NCBI GenBank assembly: GCA_031459235.1
Contig: JAVKIY010000004.1
Location: forward strand, 14,448 to 78,447
Direction: 5' to 3'
DNA: 64,000 nt
DNA from: Candidatus Fervidifonticultor tertius
Lineage (GTDB): Bacteria > Sysuimicrobiota > Sysuimicrobiia > Sysuimicrobiales > Humicultoraceae
The position numbers were made by a program, and so were the translations under genes. Within the stretch, counting starts at the first letter, position 1. Every line of letters begins with the position of its first letter. Below the pieces are notes generated by a model. It ran no database searches. It was not told where the DNA came from and saw only the letters and a program-made list of their open reading frames with translations. Positions 33,288 through 42,526 of the stretch are shown here, one piece after another.

Positions 33288-35747
33288 ATGGAAGGCGCAT
33301 CGCCCTCTCCGACGCACCCGCTGACCCGCCCCGCCGCACCCGACCTCCCGCCCCGGACCCTGGCCGCCTTCGGCGACGACGAGCTGCGGGCCCGCGTCTT
33401 CCACGACAAGTACGCGTTGCGCGACGCCGACGGTCGGGTGGTGGAGCACACCCCGGACCAGATGTGGCGCCGGATCGCCCGCGAGCTGGCCTCGGTCGAG
33501 GCGCCGGCGAAGCAGCAGGAATGGGAGGAGCGGTTTTACTGGCTGCTGGAGGACTTTCGCTTCATCCCGGGCGGCCGCATCATGCACGGTGCCGGCAACA
33601 ACCGTCGGGTCACCATGCTCAACTGCTATGTCATCCCGGTTGCCGACGACTCCATCGAGTCGATCTTCGGCTGGATGACCGAGGCGGCGCGCACCTATAG
33701 CCTGGGCGGCGGGGTCGGGACCGACATCTCGGTGTTGCGCCCACGCGGGGCGCCCGTGAACAACGCCGCCCGCAGCAGCACCGGGTCGGTCTCCTTCATG
33801 GAGCTGTTCTCGCTGACCACGGGCACGATCGGCCAGTCCGGGCGCCGGGGGGCGCTGATGATCACGATCCGGGACGACCACCCGGACGTGTTGGACTTCA
33901 TCAAGGTGAAGCGCAACCTGACGCGCGTGCGGTACGCGAACATCAGCGTGCGCGTCTCCGACGCCTTCATGCGGGCGGTGGAGGAGGACGGGACCTACGA
34001 TCTGGTCTTCGAGAACGACCGGGCGACGGTCCGTCGGCCGGTGCGCGCCGCCGAGGTCTGGGCAGAGCTGATCCAGGGCGCGCGCGACTACGCCGAGCCC
34101 GGGGTCATCTTCTGGGACACCGTGAAACGGTGGTCCACCTCCGAATACAACGGCATGGGCGTCATCACGACCAACCCGTGCAGCGAGATTCCGCTCGAGC
34201 CCTACGGCTGCTGCTGCCTGGGCAACATCAACCTAGCCTGCTTCGTCCAGGAGGAGTTCACCTCGCAGGCGCGCGTGGACTGGGACGGCCTGGAGCGGGC
34301 GCTACGCTACGCGACGCGGTTCCTTGATAACGTCCTCGACTACAACGCCGAGCGCCACCCGCTGCCGCAGCAGCGGGCCGCCAGCCTCTACTCGCGCCGC
34401 ATCGGCGTGGGGTTCACCGGGCTCGGTGACATGCTCATCAAGCTGTGCCTGCGCTACGACAGCGAGGCGGCGATCGCCTTCGTCGGCGGGCTGTTCGACC
34501 GCATCAAGAATACCGTCTACGACGAGAGTGTGACCCTGGCCGCCGAGAAGGGCACCTTCCCGGGCTATGACCGCGAGCAGCACCTGCGGTCGCCGTTCAT
34601 CGCGACCCTGGCCCCGCGCGTCCGGGAGCGGATCGAACGCGTCGGGCTGCGCAACGTCGCGCTGCTCACGGTGCCGCCGGTCGGCAGCGGCGCGGCCCTG
34701 GCCGGCGTGACGAGCGGGATCGAGCCGATCTTCGACCTGTCGTACATCCGCCGGTCGGAGTCGCTCTCGCAGGAGGTGTTCACCGTCTACCACCCGCTCG
34801 TGCGCGAGTACATGCGGCGGTTCGGGGTGGAGCGCGAGGAGGACCTGCCCGACTACTTCGTCACCGCCCACCAGATCCGGCCCGAGCTGCGGGTGCGGAT
34901 GCAGGCCGCGATCCAGCGGCACATCGACCACTCGATCTCCTCGACCGTCAACCTCCCGCACGATACGCCGCCGGAGGAGGTGCAGCGGGTCTACCTGCTG
35001 GCGTGGAAGCTGGGGTGCAAAGGCATCACCGTCTACCGCGAGGGCAGCCGGGAAGGCATCCTCATCACCGAGGGGCAGGCCAAGGGGCAGCCGGCGGCGG
35101 CGGCGCCCGCGGCGGTCGCGCGCGCGCAGCCCCGGGCGCGGCCGAAGGTCACCGCCGGCCGCACCGAGCGGATCGAGACCCCGCGCGGGCGCGTCTACGT
35201 GGTCATCAACGAAGATGAAATGGGCGTCTGCGAGGTCTTCGTGCACTCGCTGGACGTCGAGGCCGAGGCGATCGGTCGGATGGCGTCGCTGGCCCTGCGG
35301 GGCGGGCTCGACCCGCGCGACGTGATCGAGCAGCTCTGGCGGGTGCAGAGCAAGGAGATCGCCTTCGACCGGTCCAGCGACGGCACGGTGGTCCGGGTCT
35401 CCACCATCGCGCAGGCCGTGGCGCTCGCGCTTGGCCGGGCGCTGTACGGCGACGGTTTCCGGCCGGACAAGGCGTTTCCGCGCGCCGACGCGCTGCCTGA
35501 GCCGGGCCCCCGGGCGCGCCAGGAGTCCCTGCGGTTCGGCCCGAGTCCGGACGGGGCGCCGGCACCCGTGGCCGCGGTGCTCGCGCCGGTGGCCGGCGGG
35601 GCCGCACCCGGCCCGTCCGGCAACGGCTGGGCGCAGGAGGCCGGGGTCGCGCTTGAGTTCATCGGCATCTGCCCGGACTGCGGCGCCTCCCTGGTCCACG
35701 AGAACGGGTGCGCCACGTGCCGGCAGTGCGGCTACTCGCGGTGTTGA
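33288..35747 (+). CDS. nrdJ: class II (adenosylcobalamin-dependent) ribonucleotide reductase
   Basis: Active-site block TTNPCSEIPLEPYGCCCLGNINL, VNLP....EEV..VY..AWK.GCKGITVYREGSR, a TSCPD-like region (RGRVYVVINED..VCEVFV) and a C-terminal Cys cluster CPDCG...CATCRQCGYSRC. RBS GGAGGTGG is present. Confidence 0.93.
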   Translation: MEGASPSPTHPLTRPAAPDLPPRTLAAFGDDELRARVFHDKYALRDADGRVVEHTPDQMWRRIARELASVEAPAKQQEWEERFYWLLEDFRFIPGGRIMHGAGNNRRVTMLNCYVIPVADDSIESIFGWMTEAARTYSLGGGVGTDISVLRPRGAPVNNAARSSTGSVSFMELFSLTTGTIGQSGRRGALMITIRDDHPDVLDFIKVKRNLTRVRYANISVRVSDAFMRAVEEDGTYDLVFENDRATVRRPVRAAEVWAELIQGARDYAEPGVIFWDTVKRWSTSEYNGMGVITTNPCSEIPLEPYGCCCLGNINLACFVQEEFTSQARVDWDGLERALRYATRFLDNVLDYNAERHPLPQQRAASLYSRRIGVGFTGLGDMLIKLCLRYDSEAAIAFVGGLFDRIKNTVYDESVTLAAEKGTFPGYDREQHLRSPFIATLAPRVRERIERVGLRNVALLTVPPVGSGAALAGVTSGIEPIFDLSYIRRSESLSQEVFTVYHPLVREYMRRFGVEREEDLPDYFVTAHQIRPELRVRMQAAIQRHIDHSISSTVNLPHDTPPEEVQRVYLLAWKLGCKGITVYREGSREGILITEGQAKGQPAAAAPAAVARAQPRARPKVTAGRTERIETPRGRVYVVINEDEMGVCEVFVHSLDVEAEAIGRMASLALRGGLDPRDVIEQLWRVQSKEIAFDRSSDGTVVRVSTIAQAVALALGRALYGDGFRPDKAFPRADALPEPGPRARQESLRFGPSPDGAPAPVAAVLAPVAGGAAPGPSGNGWAQEAGVALEFIGICPDCGASLVHENGCATCRQCGYSRC

Positions 35748-35882
35748 GCCACCAGGGACTCCGCGCGCCAGGGGCGAACTCCTCGGGCTAACGCACGGGC
35801 CTGGACCGGCGCACCGGATCGCCCGGGGGGCGTGACGGCGCGGCGGCCCCGGAGTCCCGGCGCAAGAGAGGGGGGCTTCACC

Positions 35883-36413
35883 ATGCGTGCGTGGACTCTG
35901 GCGCTCGCGGTGCTCATCGTCGCGGTCGCGGCACTGGCACCGGCCGGGGCACAACCCGGTACCCGGCCGCCGCAGCCGGCCAACTACATCATCGTGCCCG
36001 GCCACGCCGTCGGCGACATCCAGCTCGGGATGACCCAGCAGCAGGTGCTCAACCGGCTGGGGATGCCCGACGAGATCTCTAACGACCGCGGCGGCGACGG
36101 CGGGCTGAACGTCTACTGGATCTACCCGCAGGGCGAGCGGACGGTCCTGGTCATCTCGTGGACCAAGCGGCAGAACGACGCCGGCGGCGTGGACTTCATC
36201 TTCACCGACGCGCAGAACTACGTCACGAGCCGGGGCGTCGCCATGGGCAACTCCAACTTCAGGGACATCCTGCAGCACTACGGCGCGCCCGAGCGGCTGC
36301 AGGGCGGCGGCCGGGGCTCGGTCATGCTCTACTACGAGGCGCAGGGAATCCGCTTCCGCGTGGAGGGCGAGGGCGGCCGGGTAACGGCCATCACCGTCGT
36401 GCCGCGCAAGTAG
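35883..36413 (+). CDS. secreted hypothetical protein
   Basis: ATG 35883 and a signal peptide MRAWTLALAVLIVAVAALAPAGAQP. The mature part has a balanced composition. No domain is recognised. Confidence 0.6.
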   Translation: MRAWTLALAVLIVAVAALAPAGAQPGTRPPQPANYIIVPGHAVGDIQLGMTQQQVLNRLGMPDEISNDRGGDGGLNVYWIYPQGERTVLVISWTKRQNDAGGVDFIFTDAQNYVTSRGVAMGNSNFRDILQHYGAPERLQGGGRGSVMLYYEAQGIRFRVEGEGGRVTAITVVPRK

Positions 36414-36479
36414 CCGCGCCGGGCGCGGGCTGGTAGTCTAGAAGACGGGGAGGCAGACGGCGGGCGCGCAGGCGCCCCG

Positions 36480-37442
36480 GTGGAGGTGGGGAGTGTGAGG
36501 CAACTGACGCGGTGGGCGGTCGTCGCCCTGGCGGCCGTGCTGATGGCCGGCGGGCTGGCGGCGCCGCAGGCTTCCGGCCAGACGAGCCTGGTGCTGGCGT
36601 TCGTGCCCTCCCAGGACACGCAGCGAGTGCTCGAGACGGGCAGCATCCTCGCCCGCATGCTCGAGGTGGCGACCGGGTACCGCGTGCGCGCCGAGGTCCC
36701 GACGAGCTACGTCGCGACGGTGGAGGGTATGTGCGCCGGGCGCGTGGACATCGCCTTCCTGGCGCCCTTCGCTTACGTGCTGGCGCACGAGAAGTGCGGC
36801 GCCGACGTCCGGCTCGTTAGCGTCCGCGCGCAGCTCCCGTTCTACAAGGCGCAGATCATGGTCCGCGCCGACCAGCCGGTCCGGACCCTCCAGGACCTGC
36901 GCGGCAAGCGGTTCGCGTTCGTGACGCCGGCGTCGGCCTCGGGGTACCTGTTCCCCGCGGCCCTGCTCAAGAAGAACGGCATCGATCCCGACCGGTTCTT
37001 CAGCCAGGTGGTCTTCGCCGGCGGGCACGACCGTGTGGTGCTGGCCATCTACACCGGGTCGGTGGACGCCGGTGCCGGCTTCGGCGACGAGGTGTTCAGC
37101 GACGCCCGGACGCTGGTGGCGCGCCAGTACCCGGACGTCAAGGACAAGGTCAAGGTGCTGATGTACACCGACCCGATTCCCAACGACACCGTGTCGTTCC
37201 GCCGCGGGCTCTCCGAGGAGGTCAAGGAGCGCACGACCAAGGCCCTGTTCCGGATCGCCGCGACCGCGCCGGGCCGCGAGAGCCTGGACCGCCTCTACCA
37301 GATCCAGGGCTTCGCCGACTTCAACGAGTTGACCACGACCTACAAGCAGGGGAAGCTCCGCACGTTCGACGAGTACTTCCAGCCGATCCGCGACGCGGCG
37401 CGGTTCCTCGGGCTCAACCTCGAGGAGATGCTGCGGCGCTAG
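36480..37442 (+). CDS. phnD: phosphonate/phosphite ABC transporter substrate-binding protein
   Basis: Signal peptide, then the PhnD-type LVLAFVPSQD......YVATVEGM.AGRVDIAFL.PFAYV and F.FV.P.SASGYL.P. It is followed by phnC and phnE. Confidence 0.85.
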   Translation: MEVGSVRQLTRWAVVALAAVLMAGGLAAPQASGQTSLVLAFVPSQDTQRVLETGSILARMLEVATGYRVRAEVPTSYVATVEGMCAGRVDIAFLAPFAYVLAHEKCGADVRLVSVRAQLPFYKAQIMVRADQPVRTLQDLRGKRFAFVTPASASGYLFPAALLKKNGIDPDRFFSQVVFAGGHDRVVLAIYTGSVDAGAGFGDEVFSDARTLVARQYPDVKDKVKVLMYTDPIPNDTVSFRRGLSEEVKERTTKALFRIAATAPGRESLDRLYQIQGFADFNELTTTYKQGKLRTFDEYFQPIRDAARFLGLNLEEMLRR

Positions 37443-37515
37443 GCCGGAGGGCCGGCACGAGGCTGCCACGGGGGAGGGCGGACGCCGCCGCTCCCCCGTG
37501 GTGCGAGGAGGCGGC

Positions 37516-38286
37516 ATGCGCGGGGCGGCGGTCAGGATCGAGCACCTGACGAAGATCTACCCGGACGGCACCCGGGCGCTGCACGACATCACCCTCAACG
37601 TGGCGCCGGGCGAGTTCCTGGTCATCATCGGGTTGTCGGGGTCGGGCAAGTCCACGCTGATGCGCTGCATCAACCGGCTGATCGAGCCCACCTCCGGCAA
37701 GGTGTTCGTGGACGACGTCGAGATCACGGCGCTGCCGCCCGAGGGCCTCCGGCGCGCGCGGCGGCAGATCGGCATGATCTTCCAGCAGTTCAACCTGGTG
37801 AAGCGGGCCTCGGTGCTGACCAACGTGCTCTCGGGCCGGCTGGGCTACCTGCCGCCGGCGTGGGCCCTGTGGGGCTACTTCCCGCGCGAGCTGCGGGAGG
37901 AGGCGGTGCGCCACCTGCAGACGGTCGGCATCCCGGAGAAGGCGCACACGCGCGCCGACCAGCTCTCGGGCGGCCAGCAGCAGCGGGTCGGCATCGCGCG
38001 CGCCCTCATGCAGGACCCCAAGCTGATCCTGGCGGACGAGCCGGTGGCGAGCCTCGACCCGGCCACCTCGCACTCGGTCCTCAAGTACATCGAGGACCTC
38101 AACCGGCGCGAGGGCATCACCGTGCTCTGCAGCCTCCACTTCCTGAGCCTGGCCCGGCGGTACGGCACGCGCGTGGTCGCGCTCAAGGCCGGGCAGATCG
38201 TCTTCGACGGCCTGCCCCGCGAGATCGACGAGCACCGCTTCAAGGAGATCTACGGCGAAGAGGCCGTCGAGGTGGAGATCGCCTGA
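37516..38286 (+). CDS. phnC: phosphonate ABC transporter ATP-binding protein
   Basis: Walker A GLSGSGKSTL, signature LSGGQQQRVGIARAL, Walker B LILADEP and the PhnC-typical N-terminus IEHLTK.Y.DGT.AL. I prefer ATG 37516 because RBS GAGGAGG lies at 37505-37511, over the track start GTG 37498. Confidence 0.9.
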   Translation: MRGAAVRIEHLTKIYPDGTRALHDITLNVAPGEFLVIIGLSGSGKSTLMRCINRLIEPTSGKVFVDDVEITALPPEGLRRARRQIGMIFQQFNLVKRASVLTNVLSGRLGYLPPAWALWGYFPRELREEAVRHLQTVGIPEKAHTRADQLSGGQQQRVGIARALMQDPKLILADEPVASLDPATSHSVLKYIEDLNRREGITVLCSLHFLSLARRYGTRVVALKAGQIVFDGLPREIDEHRFKEIYGEEAVEVEIA

Positions 38287-39455
38287 TGCAGCGTCACGAC
38301 GCCACGAGCGGACTGCCGCGCGCGCCCGAGCTGCCCCGCCCTGGCCTGGGCTCGCTGCGCGTGCTGGCCTGGATCCTCGTGCTGGGGCTCATCTACGCGT
38401 ACGGCTGGCGGGTCACCGAGATCAACCTGGTCGAGCTCGCGACGAAGTGGTCGCTGGCGCGGCCGCTGCTGGTGGACCTGCTGCGGCCCGACCTGGTGGC
38501 CCGCGTGCCCCGTATCCAGCTGGCCGACGCCGGGGTCGGCCTGGAGGGGACACCGCCGCCGGCCCCGGAGGTGCGCCGCCCGGCCGGCCAGGTGACGGTG
38601 ACGCCGGCCAACGCCGCGATCGGCCAGCCGGTGACGGTGAGCGGGTCCGGGTTTGCGCCCAACCGGCCGGTGGAGCTCATCTGGAAGGACCAGGCCGGCT
38701 CCGAGGCGGCGGTCGGCCGCCTCACCACGGACGCGCAAGGGGCGTTCCAGACGACCCTGCGGGTTCCCGACGTCATCGGCACGTCCAATCACGTCATCGC
38801 CCGGGTGACGCTCGAGGGTACCGTGCTGGCGCCGAGCAACGCGCTGCGGCTCACGTTCTTCCGCATGATCGAGACGGTCTTCCTGGCCCTGATGGGGACC
38901 ACGATGGCGGTGGTCTTCGCCGTGCCGCTCTCGTTCCTGGCCGCCAAGAACCTGATGTCGCGGAGCGCGCTCAGCCTGGGGGTCTACTTCGTCATGCGGA
39001 CCGTCTTCAACATCGCCCGGTCGATCGAGCCGCTGATCATGGCGACCGTGTTCGCGGTGTGGGTGGGGATCGGGCCGTTCGCGGGCGTGCTCGCGCTCGG
39101 CGTCCACTCGATCGCCTCGCTCGCCAAGCTCTACTCCGAGCAGATCGAGTCGATCGACCCCGGGCCGATCGAGGCCATCACCGCGACCGGGGCGTCGATG
39201 CTCCAGGTCGTTCGCTACGCGGTGGTTCCGCAGATCGTGCCGCCGTTCATCGCCTTCACGATCTACCGCTGGGACATCAACGTGCGGATGTCCACGGTCA
39301 TCGGCTTTGTCGGCGGCGGCGGGCTCGGGTTCCTCCTCATCCAGTACATCAACCTGCTCCAATGGCGGCAGGCTGCGACCGCGGTCTGGGCCATCACCCT
39401 GGTGGTTGCGGCGATGGACTACCTGAGCGCCAGGGTCCGGGAGAAGGTCGTCTAA
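38286..39455 (+). CDS. phnE: phosphonate ABC transporter permease with an extra ~110-aa extracytoplasmic insertion
   Basis: The C-terminal 260 aa match the PhnE pattern (ETVFLALMGT..A...A.PLSFLAA.N, SIEPLI.A.VFV..VG.GPFAGVLAL..HS...L.KL..E..E, RWDINVR.STV.G.VG.GG.G). ATG 38286 overlaps the phnC stop by 1 nt (TGATG). Confidence 0.85.
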   Translation: MQRHDATSGLPRAPELPRPGLGSLRVLAWILVLGLIYAYGWRVTEINLVELATKWSLARPLLVDLLRPDLVARVPRIQLADAGVGLEGTPPPAPEVRRPAGQVTVTPANAAIGQPVTVSGSGFAPNRPVELIWKDQAGSEAAVGRLTTDAQGAFQTTLRVPDVIGTSNHVIARVTLEGTVLAPSNALRLTFFRMIETVFLALMGTTMAVVFAVPLSFLAAKNLMSRSALSLGVYFVMRTVFNIARSIEPLIMATVFAVWVGIGPFAGVLALGVHSIASLAKLYSEQIESIDPGPIEAITATGASMLQVVRYAVVPQIVPPFIAFTIYRWDINVRMSTVIGFVGGGGLGFLLIQYINLLQWRQAATAVWAITLVVAAMDYLSARVREKVV

Positions 39456-39576
39456 CACGACGCCCGTCCTCCCGCCCGGCTGGTCCTGGCGGCGCCACGA
39501 CGGCCTCCTGCTCCTGGAGGCCGAGGCCTTCCGACGGTTCGGCGCGTCCCACGCGTTCACCACGCGTACCGGCGGC

Positions 39577-40269
39577 GTGAGCGTGGCGCCCTTCGAGACG
39601 CTGAACCTCGGCCGCGGCGTGGGTGACGACCCGGACGCGGTCCGGACCAACCGCGCGCGCGCCCTGGCCGCGCTGGGCCGCTCGCCCGACGACCACGTGG
39701 AGGCCGCGCAGGTGCACGGGGCCGCGGCCGCCACTGTGGACCGCCGTCACCGGGGCGCGACGATCCCGGCGGTGGACATCCTGATCAGCGCCGATCCGGC
39801 GGTGGTGCTCGCCATGCACGGCGCGGACTGCGTCCCGCTGCTGCTGCTCGACCCCGTGCGCGGGGCGGTCGCCGCGGTGCACGCGGGATGGCGGGGGGCC
39901 GCCTCGGACGCTGCCGGCGCCGCAGTGCGCGCGATGGCCCGGGCGTGTGGCACCGAGCCTGCCGCGCTGCTCGCGGCGATCGGGCCGGCGATCGGGCCGT
40001 GCTGCTACGAGGTGGACGGGCCCGTGTTCGACCGGTTCCACGCGTGGCCGTGGCGGGACGAGGTGTTCCACGCGACCGGCCCGGGGCGCTGGCAGTTCGA
40101 CCTCTGGCAGGCGATTCGCCGGCAGCTGCTGGCGGCGGGCCTGCGCGACGGGGCGGTGGCGACCGTCGGGCTGTGTACCGCCTGTCATTCCGCGCTGTTC
40201 TACTCGCACCGTCGCGACCGGCGCACCGGCCGCACGGCGGGCCTGATCGCGCCCCTCGTCCGGGGCTAG
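39577..40269 (+). CDS. pgeF: YfiH/PgeF (YlmD) family purine nucleoside phosphorylase / laccase-domain protein; the true N-terminus probably lies upstream of this first canonical start
   Basis: Motifs HGADCVPLLLLD, AAVHAGWRG, IGPCCYEV and YSHRRD...TGR. The conserved TRxGGVS block of the family is encoded just upstream of GTG 39577 in the same frame (see finding). Confidence 0.85.
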   Translation: MSVAPFETLNLGRGVGDDPDAVRTNRARALAALGRSPDDHVEAAQVHGAAAATVDRRHRGATIPAVDILISADPAVVLAMHGADCVPLLLLDPVRGAVAAVHAGWRGAASDAAGAAVRAMARACGTEPAALLAAIGPAIGPCCYEVDGPVFDRFHAWPWRDEVFHATGPGRWQFDLWQAIRRQLLAAGLRDGAVATVGLCTACHSALFYSHRRDRRTGRTAGLIAPLVRG

Positions 40270-40314
40270 CGTGCGCAGGGAATCGGGGGTGGTCGAACGA
40301 ACCCCCGATCTGGC

Positions 40315-40998
40315 GTGGCGGGCGTGGCGGAGCGGCTCGAGGGGATCCGGGAACGGATCGCGGTCGCCGCGGCGCGTGCCGGCCGCGATCCGGCGGCGGT
40401 CACGCTGGTCGGCGCTACGAAGGGCGTCGATGTGGGCCGGATCCGGGAGGCGATGGCCGCCGGGTTGGCGGACTTCGGCGAGAACTGGGTCCAGGAGGCC
40501 CTGCCGAAGATCGCGGCCGTGGGGCCAGGACCCCGGTGGCACTTCATCGGCCGCCTGCAGCGGAACAAGGCCCGGCACGTGGCCGGTGCGTTCGAGGTGG
40601 TCCACTCGATCGACCGACTGCGCGTCGCCGAGGCGCTCGACCGCGCTGCGGCGCGCGCCGGGCGGCGGCTGAGGGTGCTGGTGGAGGTGAACATCGCCTC
40701 CGAGGCCACGAAGTCCGGCGTGGCGCCGGAGGCGGTGGACGCGCTGGTTGCCGCGTTGTCGGGCCTGCGCTACCTCGAGGTGGCGGGGCTAATGACGATC
40801 GGGCCGATCGTCGATGTGCCCGAGGCGATGCGGCCGTACTTCCGCCGGCTGCGCGAGATGCGCGACCGGCTACGGGCCGGCCCGGCCGGCCCGGGGTTCG
40901 CTGAGCTGTCGATGGGCATGTCTGCGGACTTCGAGGTCGCGGTCGAAGAGGGGGCGACCATCGTGCGCGTCGGGCGCGCCGTCTTCGGCGAGCGATGA
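40315..40998 (+). CDS. yggS: YggS/YlmE family pyridoxal-phosphate homeostasis protein
   Basis: Motifs LVGATKGV, FGENWVQE, WHFIGRLQRNKARHV, ELSMGMS.DFE.A.E.G and R.G...FG. Confidence 0.9.
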   Translation: MAGVAERLEGIRERIAVAAARAGRDPAAVTLVGATKGVDVGRIREAMAAGLADFGENWVQEALPKIAAVGPGPRWHFIGRLQRNKARHVAGAFEVVHSIDRLRVAEALDRAAARAGRRLRVLVEVNIASEATKSGVAPEAVDALVAALSGLRYLEVAGLMTIGPIVDVPEAMRPYFRRLREMRDRLRAGPAGPGFAELSMGMSADFEVAVEEGATIVRVGRAVFGER

Positions 40999-41059
40999 CG
41001 GTCTGGCCACGGGAGAGGCCGACGATTCCAGGGAGGGAGGGGAGAGCGGGAGGTGCGCG

Positions 41060-41461
41060 ATGGGCGCGATGCAGCGACTGTGGACGTTCCTGGGCTTCGC
41101 CGATGACGAGGCCGAGACCCCGCCGCCTGACGGCGAGGAGCCGCGCCGGCGGCGCGCGCCGGTCTTCAACCTGCACGCGGTCCGGCCGATGGAGATCGTG
41201 GTCCTCGAGCCCCGCACGTTCGACGAGGCCCGGGCGGCCGCCGACCACCTGAAGGCCCGGCGCCCGGTCATCGTGAACCTGCGCGACGCGGAGCGCGACC
41301 TGGCGCGCCGCGTGGTGGACTTCACCTGCGGGGTCACTTACGCCGTCGACGGACAGATGCAGCGCATCGGCGACGAGATCTTCCTGTTCGCGCCCAGCAC
41401 CGTGACGGTCACGGCGGAGACGGCGCGCGAGGGTGCGCGCGACCTCTTCCCGATGACCTGA
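41060..41461 (+). CDS. sepF: cell division protein SepF
   Basis: The N-terminal amphipathic MGAMQRLWTFLGF, then P..F.EA....D.L...R.VIVNL........ARR..DF..G..YA..G....I...IFL..P. RBS GGGAGG precedes ATG 41060. Confidence 0.9.
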   Translation: MGAMQRLWTFLGFADDEAETPPPDGEEPRRRRAPVFNLHAVRPMEIVVLEPRTFDEARAAADHLKARRPVIVNLRDAERDLARRVVDFTCGVTYAVDGQMQRIGDEIFLFAPSTVTVTAETAREGARDLFPMT

Positions 41462-41481
41462 GCCGTCCCGCGAGTCCGCCC

Positions 41482-42525
41482 GTGACGACCCGCACCGTCT
41501 GGTGGGAGGAAGGGACCGTGCGTCTGGTGGACCAGACGCGCCTCCCGCACGAGACCGTGGTGGCCGTGTGCGCGACCGCCGCTGACGTCGCCTCAGCGAT
41601 CCGGACCCTGCGCGTCCGGGGCGCGCCGGCGATCGGCGTGACCGCTGCCTACGGGCTGGCGCTCGCCGCCTACCGCGCGGCGGAGGCCGGGGCAGATGCC
41701 CTCGCCGCGGTGGAGGCCGCCTCCGGCCTGCTGCGCGCCGCCCGGCCCACGGCGGTCAACCTCCGCTGGGCGGTGGACCGCCTGCTCGCGGTGGCGCGCG
41801 GGGCGCCGCGCGGCGCCGCGCTCGCGGAGCGCCTGCTGGCGGAAGCCGAGGCGATCGCGGCCGCCGACGTGGCGGCCAACCAGGCGATCGGCCGGCTCGG
41901 CGCCGCGATGATCGGGCATGGCGAGTGCATTCTGACCTACTGCCACACCGGGGGCCTGGCGACTGCCGGGTACGGCACGGCGTTCGGCATTCTCCGCGCC
42001 GCGCACGAGGCCGGACGGGGCATCCGCGTGGTGGCCTGCGAGACCCGGCCCGTTCTCCAGGGCGCCCGCCTGACCGCCTGGGAACTCCTCCAGCACGGAA
42101 TCCCCGGGGTCCTGATCACCGACAACGTGGCCGGGAGCCTGATGGCCCGCGGCGAGGTGGACCGCGTGATTGTGGGCGCCGACCGCATCGCGCGCAACGG
42201 TGACGTCGCCAACAAGATCGGCACGTATGCGCTCGCGGTCCTGGCCCGCGCGCACGGTATCCCCTTCGTGGTGGCCGCGCCAACCTCCACGGTGGACCTG
42301 GCGACGCCCGACGGCGCGGCGATCCCCATCGAGGAGCGCGACGCCCACGAGGTCACGCACCTCGCCGGGGTGCGGGTCGCGCCCGAGGGCATCGCCGTGC
42401 GCAACCCCGCCTTCGACGTCACCCCGCACCGTCTGATCACCGCTATCGTCACGGAGGCCGGCGTGGCCGCGCCGCCCTACGACCGCAGCCTGGCCGCGCT
42501 GGCGGGCGCCGCGGTGGGGAGTTGA
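41482..42525 (+). CDS. mtnA: S-methyl-5-thioribose-1-phosphate isomerase
   Basis: Motifs LRVRGAPAIGVTAAYGL, RPTAVNL, THCNTG-like (TYCHTGGLAT), ETRP.LQGARLTAWEL, GADRIA.NGD.ANKIGTY and NPAFDVTP. Confidence 0.92.
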   Translation: MTTRTVWWEEGTVRLVDQTRLPHETVVAVCATAADVASAIRTLRVRGAPAIGVTAAYGLALAAYRAAEAGADALAAVEAASGLLRAARPTAVNLRWAVDRLLAVARGAPRGAALAERLLAEAEAIAAADVAANQAIGRLGAAMIGHGECILTYCHTGGLATAGYGTAFGILRAAHEAGRGIRVVACETRPVLQGARLTAWELLQHGIPGVLITDNVAGSLMARGEVDRVIVGADRIARNGDVANKIGTYALAVLARAHGIPFVVAAPTSTVDLATPDGAAIPIEERDAHEVTHLAGVRVAPEGIAVRNPAFDVTPHRLITAIVTEAGVAAPPYDRSLAALAGAAVGS

Positions 42526-42526
42526 C

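Noticed and set aside
34302-36278. 658-aa minus-strand ORF
   Set aside because: It is antisense to nrdJ and to the downstream secreted-protein gene. It has no motifs and a biased composition.
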